Shown here: positions 28,765 through 35,527 of the stretch, piece by piece
Layout: each line of letters begins with the position of its first letter
Position numbering within the stretch: the first letter of the stretch is position 1
From: an uncultured Gammaproteobacteria bacterium
Lineage (GTDB): Bacteria; Patescibacteriota; Patescibacteriia; Magasanikbacterales; GWA2-37-8
Direction of reading: 5' to 3'
NCBI GenBank assembly: GCA_964482695.1
Contig: CAYZYP010000004.1
Span: 1-62,385, forward strand
Length of the DNA: 62,385 nucleotides
Notes under the pieces: generated by a model
What the model was told of the DNA's origin: nothing
The model's input: only the letters and a program-made list of their open reading frames with translations
The model's database searches: none
Position numbers and translations under genes: made by a program

Positions 28765-30876
28765 ATGCCTCCAGAATCAGCAACACAACGTTTATCATAT
28801 TTAGAAGATCCTTCACAGGCCGATCCAGAAGAACATGAAAATAAAGAAGCCGAGCTAGGAGAAACTTTTTCTGAATTTGAAAAAGATAACCCAGGTCATT
28901 TTGACGCCAATGAATTATTAGCTGATTTTAAAAAAAGCAGCGAAGAAAAAGAAAGAAAAGAAAGCTGCCGAAGATCAATCAGAAAAATGTACGGCAACCC
29001 TTTTTATTTAGAAACTCTATACGATCGTTTGGAACATTTGCAAGGTTTAGACGAAGAAAATGAAAAGTATATAAATGAAATAAAGATAACAATTGACTTG
29101 CTAACGTCAGAGACTATAGAAAAAGAACAGCTTGGTTTAGGATTACATCAAAAAGGAAAAAAAGAAGGAGTAGATAATATTTCAGAAAGGGATTTGCAGA
29201 CAATGGATCGTTGGTTAGAACTTTATGCTAATAATAATTATCGAGACAGAATAGGTAAATTAATAGGATTGTCAGTAACAAAGGCAAAAACTTCGCGTAA
29301 TTATATTTCTAGACTATATGTTTTGGCTTATGGAGTGGTAAGAACAAGCGACCCAGAAATAATAAAAGCTGGTTTAACTTTTTTAGCTCGCGAAGAAGAA
29401 AATTTACCAGGTGATTTAACTGATATTGACAGATATATTGCCGCGACTTTAGAACCAGACAATGATGTGACAAAAATGAGTTTTGATACTGATGCGGTAT
29501 TTACTGCTTTTGCTAGTAGATATTTACCAGAAGGTATTAGGCGTTTTAAAGAAAAGTCAGCAGATTTATCCGATAGATTGTTAAAGTCAGGAAATGTTTT
29601 GGATACAAGGTTACATACCGGTCGTTTGATGCAAGAGGTTGCTACCGCGCAACTGGAAGGTAGGATAGAAGATCCAAGAATCCAGAAGATAATAGCTTTG
29701 ATGAAATTTAACGATCAAATAGGTGGTGTGGTTATTGCCGGAAGAAGTGATGAAAATGATCCAAGCAGGTTTGACTTTTCTACTGTTGAAGAAGCTCCTA
29801 CTCCTAGCGGTAGAGTTAATGTCGTAGGCTCCGAAGAAGATTTTGAGAATTTTATACCAGCTGGCGCGACCACAAGGCAAAGAGAAATTGCTATCAAGGA
29901 ATTGAGAAAAAAATTACTGACAATGGAAGAATATCCAATTATTCTTGTTACTCAAGAAAGTGAAATGACTAATTTGCGCCGAGATTTTAGCAGTAGAATG
30001 GCAGCTGTGAGAACCGCGGAAAACGGCGCTGTTTATCGGGCAGTATATTTACCTAGACAAGGAGAGTCTAATTTACAAATACCGTCGAATTTAGAGCAGA
30101 GACGAAAAATAGCACAAAGGGGTTTTAATGATGAAAAAGCCGCGAACAAGGTAATACGAGAAGATACTATATTTGAATTAATGGCTTTATTATTTCCTAA
30201 TGTTACCGCGGAAAAGAGAACTAATTTGGTATCAAGAATCGTAGAGTTAAAAAGACAGTTGCGAGAAGATATTAGACAATTAATTAGTCCGCGAGGCGAC
30301 CATATTGAAATAGAGGATGAATTATTATCTAGAGAATTAGGAATTACCTCAATAACTTTTAAACCAACCACTTCGGTTGTAGATTTAGATATTATAATTA
30401 GAATTGGTAACGTAGATTGCATGTTGCATATAGACGATCAATGCAATCTTAAAAGAGCGGAAACAGATCCTAAAAAAATTAATCGTCCTCTAAGGGTAGT
30501 GCCCGATACTCATTTATTAATTCAAGAGTTAGTTTACTCTCATTTGCAGGCTATTCTTTGTAAAGAGACGGTATCTGTTGGTAGTAGCACTGAACGTGGA
30601 TCAGGATTAGAAGAAAAAGTTGTGAGTCGACGAGCCCACCTAAGGCGTTTACCAGTTGGCCAGCGTTGCTCCGAACAGCAGATAAGGTTAGCAAGCGAAT
30701 TTTGTGATCTGCTTGCTTTTAATCGTAGCCGTGGTTTAACTGGAGAAACCGAAGAAACCAGGCAATTTACTTTTGTTAAGGCAGTAGAAGTAGAATATAT
30801 TGATGAAGAGTCCAAAACACAAGATCCAATTAGAACTAGAATCAAAGATGCTTCAGAATTGAAAAACGTATTATAA
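28765..30876 (+). CDS. large hypothetical protein with an acidic N-terminus
   Basis: 703-aa uninterrupted ORF, 16 nt after the LOG gene and 7 nt before lgt. No motif recognised. Confidence 0.5.
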   Translation: MPPESATQRLSYLEDPSQADPEEHENKEAELGETFSEFEKDNPGHFDANELLADFKKSSEEKERKESCRRSIRKMYGNPFYLETLYDRLEHLQGLDEENEKYINEIKITIDLLTSETIEKEQLGLGLHQKGKKEGVDNISERDLQTMDRWLELYANNNYRDRIGKLIGLSVTKAKTSRNYISRLYVLAYGVVRTSDPEIIKAGLTFLAREEENLPGDLTDIDRYIAATLEPDNDVTKMSFDTDAVFTAFASRYLPEGIRRFKEKSADLSDRLLKSGNVLDTRLHTGRLMQEVATAQLEGRIEDPRIQKIIALMKFNDQIGGVVIAGRSDENDPSRFDFSTVEEAPTPSGRVNVVGSEEDFENFIPAGATTRQREIAIKELRKKLLTMEEYPIILVTQESEMTNLRRDFSSRMAAVRTAENGAVYRAVYLPRQGESNLQIPSNLEQRRKIAQRGFNDEKAANKVIREDTIFELMALLFPNVTAEKRTNLVSRIVELKRQLREDIRQLISPRGDHIEIEDELLSRELGITSITFKPTTSVVDLDIIIRIGNVDCMLHIDDQCNLKRAETDPKKINRPLRVVPDTHLLIQELVYSHLQAILCKETVSVGSSTERGSGLEEKVVSRRAHLRRLPVGQRCSEQQIRLASEFCDLLAFNRSRGLTGETEETRQFTFVKAVEVEYIDEESKTQDPIRTRIKDASELKNVL

Positions 30877-30883
30877 TTTCTTT

Positions 30884-31684
30884 ATGATCCCATACTTTCA
30901 ATACAATTCTTTCCTCTTTGGTCCAATCGCCATTCAAGTATGGGGGATTTTTGTTTCTTTGGGGCTTTTGGTGGCAATAATATTTGCCTATCGGTTAGCG
31001 CGTAAATATTTTTTATCAGGCGAAGTGATGCTGGATTTGGCTATTTGGGTTTTAATAGGCGGGTTTTTAATGGCACGCGCCTTTCATGTGATTTTCTACG
31101 AACCAACTTACTATATTGTTAATCCATTGGATGTAATTAAATTTTGGCAAGGCGGCGCTTCTTCTTTGGGTGGGTTTATTGGCGCTGGCTTGGCCGCTTG
31201 GTTGTTTTTTAAAAAACGGCATTTTAAGTTAAAAGAAGCATTGCCTTATTTAGATATTGGCGTTTTAAGTTTGTGGTTGGGATGGGGGATAGGTCGCATT
31301 GGTTGTTTTATGATTCACGATCATCCCGGCCATTTGACCAACTTTTTTTTAGCAGTTAATTTTTCTGGCGGCGCCAGATACGATTTAGGCTTGTTGGATT
31401 CGTTGCTAGGTTTTTTACTATTTACTATTTACTATTTACTATTTACTCGTTTGATAAGAATTCGCTGGGGGTTAGTCGCCCTACTATCTTTTATGGATTA
31501 CGCCTTGGTAAGATTTTTATTTGATTTTCTTCGCGCTACTGATTTACCACAAAGTGACATTAGATATTGGCTACTCACTCCGGCGCAGTGGGGGATGACA
31601 GTTTTATTTTTTATCTTGACCATTATCCTAATTTACGGTATAAAAGTACAGAACGTTGCTAAGAAAGAAGTTAAAAGTATATAA
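30884..31684 (+). CDS. lgt: prolipoprotein diacylglyceryl transferase
   Basis: 266 aa, multi-TM. 'WGIGRIGCFMIHDHPG' corresponds to the Lgt 'GRxGNFxN' region. Confidence 0.85.
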   Translation: MIPYFQYNSFLFGPIAIQVWGIFVSLGLLVAIIFAYRLARKYFLSGEVMLDLAIWVLIGGFLMARAFHVIFYEPTYYIVNPLDVIKFWQGGASSLGGFIGAGLAAWLFFKKRHFKLKEALPYLDIGVLSLWLGWGIGRIGCFMIHDHPGHLTNFFLAVNFSGGARYDLGLLDSLLGFLLFTIYYLLFTRLIRIRWGLVALLSFMDYALVRFLFDFLRATDLPQSDIRYWLLTPAQWGMTVLFFILTIILIYGIKVQNVAKKEVKSI

Positions 31685-31694
31685 CTATATCACT

Positions 31695-31779
31695 GGAGGA
31701 TTCGCCTAGTGGTCTATGGCGCCGCCCTGGAAAGGCGGTTGGTCGAAAGGCCTCGTGGGTTCGACTCCCACATCCTCCG
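31695..31779 (+). tRNA. tRNA-Ser (anticodon GGA), no encoded CCA
   Basis: Acceptor GGAGGAT/ATCCTCC, 3-bp D stem, anticodon stem CCGCC/GGCGG with loop CU-GGA-AA, long variable arm, T arm GTGGG-TTCGACT-CCCAC, discriminator G. Confidence 0.9.
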
Positions 31780-31866
31780 CCTTCGGTCGCCGAAGCTTTA
31801 GCGACGGCGACCTTGTAAAATAGCGAATATTGAAAAGGTGTATATTCTAATTTAGAAAGTGGAATA

Positions 31867-32070
31867 GTGAAAATTTTAGCGCCGGCTGTCAAAAAAGCGA
31901 AAAAGATGCCTGGTAATTTAGTTAACAACGCGGTAAAAATTGATGTCAAAATGGTAACAGAAAAATTAAAAATTAATCCACTAATAAAAAAGCTAGTCCA
32001 AAAAAAACAGCTTAAAATAGTTGGGGCGTATTATCATTTAGAAAGCGGGATGGTAGAGATTTTAAAATAA
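31867..32070 (+). pseudogene. C-terminal remnant of a beta-class carbonic anhydrase
   Basis: The GTG-initiated 67-aa ORF ends '...PLIKKLVQKKQLKIVGAYYHLESGMVEIL', like the last ~55 residues of beta-CAs. The ~150 N-terminal residues carrying the zinc ligands are absent. Confidence 0.45.
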
Positions 32071-32074
32071 TTTT

Positions 32075-32731
32075 ATGTCCGACATTATCACGACCTATAA
32101 ACTTGATGACTTGGATCAACCAATGCCAATGAACAGAGAAGAGTTTTACCAAGAACAGATAGAGGTATACAAAGAAACAGGCAAACCAACACGCGCCACA
32201 GCGATCGTGCAAATTCTTTTATTTACCCCGGGTAAAGAAATTATTGTTCAAAAACGTTCTAATACTAAAAAACACAATCCAGGTTTAATGGACAAAAGTA
32301 TCGGTGGCCATATTCTTTTTAGCGATTCAGCCAATTATACAGCTATGGTGGAAACACTGCAGGAGCTAACAGTGCCATCTATTGTTTTGCCCAATGAAGA
32401 AAATTTTAAAAAGACTTTTAAATTATTGAAAAATTTTCTTAATAATCTAACAATAGTTCAGTTTATAGATAGTCACACCAATAATTTTATAAAAGTTTTT
32501 GAAGAAGGGTCAGCTAAAATAGCTAGCAAATATTATTTTTATTTAGGGATTTATGGCGGGGCTATCAAACCATCAGACAAAGAAGCGGCTGGTGTTTTAT
32601 TTTATAAATATGACAATTTAAAAAAAGAATTAAACAGTGACAAAACAAGAGGGTTGTATACCGATGATTTACATTTTTTTATCAATAAATACGACGGTCG
32701 GATTCAAGAATTTTTGCGGATTTTAGAATAA
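32075..32731 (+). CDS. Nudix-fold protein with a degenerate Nudix box
   Basis: 'GGHILFSDSANYTAMVETLQELTV' loosely follows GX5EX7REUXEEXGU, but several catalytic positions are substituted. Confidence 0.4.
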   Translation: MSDIITTYKLDDLDQPMPMNREEFYQEQIEVYKETGKPTRATAIVQILLFTPGKEIIVQKRSNTKKHNPGLMDKSIGGHILFSDSANYTAMVETLQELTVPSIVLPNEENFKKTFKLLKNFLNNLTIVQFIDSHTNNFIKVFEEGSAKIASKYYFYLGIYGGAIKPSDKEAAGVLFYKYDNLKKELNSDKTRGLYTDDLHFFINKYDGRIQEFLRILE

Positions 32732-32800
32732 GGTTATAAATACAAAAATTTGACATTTGTTTTTCAATGTAGTTAGATAGATATAATAAGCAGAAAAAAT

Positions 32801-33109
32801 ATGTGGCAAAAAATATTTCGTTTTATTTTCCCTTCTCTTTCCCCGCAAGAATTAAAGAAAAAATATAATCTGCCAGCTAGTTTAAAGTTGGATTTTAATA
32901 TTACCAAAGATGGTTGGTATACAGCCGAATGTCCGGAAATTCCTGGTTTATTCACGCAAGCTCGCAGCCAACAAGAATTACTAGAAATGATTAACGACGC
33001 GATATTAACTTATTTTGATATTCCCAAGAAAGAAGCAGATTACGTGTATAATCAACTAAACATCAATGGCCAAGTAGTGCGTTATAATGCTCAGTTGCAG
33101 ACTGCTTAA
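32801..33109 (+). CDS. HicB-like (UPF0150) antitoxin-fold protein
   Basis: 'DGWYTAECPEIPGLFTQARSQQELLEMINDAILTYF' matches the HicB N-terminal fold pattern. No C-terminal DNA-binding domain is present. Confidence 0.55.
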   Translation: MWQKIFRFIFPSLSPQELKKKYNLPASLKLDFNITKDGWYTAECPEIPGLFTQARSQQELLEMINDAILTYFDIPKKEADYVYNQLNINGQVVRYNAQLQTA

Positions 33110-33131
33110 ATAGCCAAAAAGAGGGGGGATT

Positions 33132-33389
33132 ATGGGAGGGTATAATTTTAATCGTAAACAATGTGTACATTCTTTAGAAAAGATTGGTTTTTGTTTAGGA
33201 AATAAAAGAAGAGGCAGACACGATAAATATAACGCGCCACAAAAATATCTGAATAATTTACCACTAACCGCTTGTCCGTTTGTTATGGTACCACGCCACA
33301 ATGAGTTAAAATTGCAAGAAAAAATAATTAAAGAGATACGTTTAATAGGGGGCCAGGAGTTGGTAGAAAATTTTTTAAGAAATTTATAA
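33132..33389 (+). CDS. HicA-like mRNA interferase toxin
   Basis: 85 aa. 'CVHSLEKIGFCLGNKRRGRHDKY...VPRHNELKLQEKIIKEI' follows the HicA/YcfA pattern (GxH catalytic region). It sits 22 nt after the HicB-like ORF. Confidence 0.55.
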   Translation: MGGYNFNRKQCVHSLEKIGFCLGNKRRGRHDKYNAPQKYLNNLPLTACPFVMVPRHNELKLQEKIIKEIRLIGGQELVENFLRNL

Positions 33390-33443
33390 CAAAGATTGTT
33401 AAAAAAAACTCTTATTGAGATTTTTTTTTGGGGGGGTCGGCCA

Positions 33444-33472
33444 TTGACAAAAAGTTATTTTTGTGCTAGTAT
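33444..33472 (+). promoter_or_regulatory. strong sigma70 promoter (extended -10)
   Basis: TTGACA (33444-33449), 17-nt spacer ending TGC, then TAGTAT (33467-33472). Confidence 0.65.
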
Positions 33473-33479
33473 AAACACA

Positions 33480-33640
33480 TCTTTAAAACTTATGATTTTT
33501 CTTTCCTGCTTTCAGTTGGCAGGTGGCTCCTACAAAGGGCACAAATTGTGTTTATTTAGAGAAAAAGCATAAGTTTTAAACTTCAAAATTTACTTTAATT
33601 TACACAAAAAAGCACCGCTCAGACCGGCGTTTTTCTTTTT
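33480..33640 (+). ncRNA. structured leader or small RNA
   Basis: TTTAAAACTTATGATTTTTCT (33483-33503) pairs with AGAAAAAGCATAAGTTTTAAA (33559-33579) with 1 mismatch. Inner hairpin CCTGC-N9-GCAGG. A weak hairpin plus T5CT5 lies at 33611-33640. Confidence 0.45.
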
Positions 33641-33675
33641 GCGCGTTTTGTGGGGGCCAACACAAGGAGAGAACC

Positions 33676-33966
33676 ATGGCAAAGCGACTTCCCAAGGTGT
33701 TACGAGGCAATCCACTGATTAGGCAAATGATGGAGGCGACCGATCCTGAAGATGCAATGTTCGGCTATCCGCCGATTCCTCGGACATGTGATTTCTGTTT
33801 TTACCGCCATCGAGCAGGGTACCCCAAGGATCCGGACTGCATGCTGGCCTCGAAGGAGGCGAAAAAGCAGTTTGGCATTCCCGAAAACGAGCCGATGCCA
33901 GAAAAAATCGACGGAGTACCCGTCGGTTTTTATTGTCGCAATTGGACGGACTTTGGCGCGGAATGA
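33676..33966 (+). CDS. GC-rich small Cys-containing protein of unknown function
   Basis: 96-aa ORF preceded by AAGGAG (33664-33669). One 60-nt line counted by hand is 32/60 G+C, against 11/60 in the flank. Confidence 0.6.
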   Translation: MAKRLPKVLRGNPLIRQMMEATDPEDAMFGYPPIPRTCDFCFYRHRAGYPKDPDCMLASKEAKKQFGIPENEPMPEKIDGVPVGFYCRNWTDFGAE

Positions 33967-34008
33967 ATCAGGGCAAACTAGCTAAAAAAACCAAAAGGAG
34001 ACAAAAGA

Positions 34009-34134
34009 ATGAAGCAAACGAGTCTGGCAACCACTTGCGGACTCACTATGTTTTTAAAATTTGAAAATATAGTGAGCAAGTGGTTGTCAACAACTAAAGA
34101 TAGATTGAAGTGGCTTGAAAAAGAAAAATCATAA
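34009..34134 (+). CDS. 41-codon ORF (MKQTSLATTCGLTMFLKFENIVSKWLSTTKDRLKWLEKEKS), uncertain
   Basis: GGAG lies 8 nt upstream. The ORF body contains an 18-bp interrupted hairpin (34028-34086), so it may be an RNA element instead. Confidence 0.3.
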   Translation: MKQTSLATTCGLTMFLKFENIVSKWLSTTKDRLKWLEKEKS

Positions 34135-34146
34135 TTTTAAATTAAA

Positions 34147-34175
34147 AACGTTCCGATTAAGTCGGAGCGTTTTTT
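34147..34175. terminator. rho-independent terminator (usable from both sides)
   Basis: AACGTTCCGA-TTAAG-TCGGAGCGTT followed by T5 and preceded by A5. Confidence 0.75.
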
Positions 34176-34236
34176 AGTTTTTTTAATTTCTGTTTTAATT
34201 AAACTAGACCAATAACCAGACTAATTATAGACTGAT

Positions 34237-34608
34237 TTACTTTTTCTTCTTACCAATATTTGGCTCACCGCTATAGGTGGGAGAAATATATTGGCCAACA
34301 GGTTGTTTAAGAAGTTTGGGTATTAATTTTTGAATAGAATTACTTTGTTCGTTGTTAATAGCTAAAACAGGAATTTGTAGAGTATAGGCCAGCGTATTGG
34401 CAACCACTGCCGCGATACGCGTACTGGTAAAACCGCCAGCGCCAACCACGCACATAATGCCGTTTAGTTTTTGTTTTTGTAAAATATCATCAATACATTC
34501 CAATAATTCACGATTCTGGCCGTGATATTTTTTTTCACTGTATTTTTTTTCGTCAAACAACGCCAAATGGGCAATGTCTTTTTCCGAAAGATTGATTAAG
34601 AGGTACAT
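34237..34608 (-). CDS. tsaB: short TsaB/YeaZ-like protein (t6A biosynthesis partner, N-terminal domain only)
   Basis: 123 aa. 'LLINLSEKDIAHLALF...VVGAGGFTSTRIAAVVANTLAY' matches the YeaZ N-terminal domain. Confidence 0.65.
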   Translation of the reverse strand: MYLLINLSEKDIAHLALFDEKKYSEKKYHGQNRELLECIDDILQKQKLNGIMCVVGAGGFTSTRIAAVVANTLAYTLQIPVLAINNEQSNSIQKLIPKLLKQPVGQYISPTYSGEPNIGKKKK

Positions 34609-34611
34609 ATT

Positions 34612-34798
34612 TGAACTGGTTTAGTGTTGTTACTCGATTTTATTTTGAATTAGCCAATATAATGGCGTCAAATTTCGCCTGTCATTCCGACGACACAGGA
34701 GGAATCTCTGTCTCGCCAAATTGGCCAATTGGACAGAGATCCCTCACCCCTGCGACGGGGATTCGGGATGACAATTGTCGAAATCCTAAATGAGTTCA
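34612..34798. mobile_element. MITE-like element A (GC-rich nested palindromes between 14-nt inverted termini)
   Basis: Termini are TGAACTGGTTTAGT (34612-34625) and CCTAAATGAGTTCA (34785-34798). Internal dyads: GTCATTCCGA/TCGGGATGAC, GGAATCTCTGTC/GACAGAGATCCC and GCCAAATTGGC. Confidence 0.5.
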
Positions 34799-34831
34799 TT
34801 GTATTTTTAATTATCGTCTTTTTTTAATATA

Positions 34832-34860
34832 TTGTCAATAAAAATATAATATGTTATACT
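34832..34860 (+). promoter_or_regulatory. sigma70-type promoter
   Basis: TTGTCA, 17-nt spacer ending TGT, then TATACT (34855-34860). Confidence 0.5.
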
Positions 34861-34954
34861 TTAATATATAGAATTGGTAGTGAGTTTTGGCTAATTTTAA
34901 ATATATTTTAAAGATAAATCACCACGAGTTCACATTATTCTTAATCAAAAAAAT

Positions 34955-35440
34955 ATGCTCATTGGCATCATCAGTGACACCCATGATAATATTTGGAATT
35001 TAGAAAAAGTTTTAAATAAACTAAAGGCAAAAGGAATTGAGACGCTAATTCATTGTGGTGATTTTTGTGGTCCTTTTATAATCAATATTTTGGCAGAAAC
35101 AAATATGCAAGTACATTGTGTTTTTGGCAATACCGATGATCAATTTAAAGCAACCAGGTTTGCTGACGCGACTAAAAATGTCACTCTGCATGGCGAACTA
35201 GCGGAGATTGAATTAGGCGGTAAAAAAATTGCTTTTACTCATTTACCACAATTTGCCGAAGGCTTGGCTTATACTGGTAAATATGACGTGGTATTTTATG
35301 GTCATACTCATAAAAAAGATAATCAAAAAATTGGTAATTCTTTACTTGTTAATCCAGGTGAAGTTATGGGCAAAGCTGGGGCGCCAACTTTCGCAGTATA
35401 TAACACAGAAAATAACGAAGTTGAATTTAGTGAAATTTAG
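34955..35440 (+). CDS. YfcE/MJ0936-type metallophosphoesterase
   Basis: 161 aa with motifs 'ISDTHDN', 'HCGDF', 'GNTD' and 'GHTH'. Confidence 0.8.
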   Translation: MLIGIISDTHDNIWNLEKVLNKLKAKGIETLIHCGDFCGPFIINILAETNMQVHCVFGNTDDQFKATRFADATKNVTLHGELAEIELGGKKIAFTHLPQFAEGLAYTGKYDVVFYGHTHKKDNQKIGNSLLVNPGEVMGKAGAPTFAVYNTENNEVEFSEI

Positions 35441-35441
35441 T

Positions 35442-35470
35442 TTGCCTATAAAAATAAAATGTGCTACACT
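35442..35470 (+). promoter_or_regulatory. sigma70-type promoter of gdh
   Basis: TTGCCT, 17-nt spacer ending TGC, then TACACT (35465-35470). Confidence 0.5.
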
Positions 35471-35474
35471 TTAA

Positions 35475-35495
35475 ACAACCACCCAAGTGGTTGTT
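35475..35495 (+). promoter_or_regulatory. 5'-terminal stem-loop or operator-like dyad
   Basis: ACAACCAC-CCAA-GTGGTTGT begins about at the predicted +1. The same CAACCAC/GTGGTTG arms recur at 34028-34086. Confidence 0.4.
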
Positions 35496-35527
35496 TTAGA
35501 TAAAGAAACATAAAAATATAATAATTT

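Noticed and set aside
31671-31949. A 92-aa minus-strand ORF.
   Set aside because: It runs straight through tRNA-Ser(GGA) and its downstream hairpin.
33676-33966. The GC-rich segment as a structured RNA gene (tmRNA, RNase P RNA, 6S).
   Set aside because: There is no GAGGAAAGTCC-type P4 sequence, no tRNA-like 3' end and no tag reading frame. It is instead a clean 96-codon ORF with a perfect SD at the right distance.
34611-34793. A 60-aa plus-strand ORF ('...HSDDTGGISVSPNWPIGQRSLTPATGIRDD').
   Set aside because: It lies entirely inside the GC-rich palindromic MITE-like element A. The open frame is a by-product of GC-rich repeat sequence.
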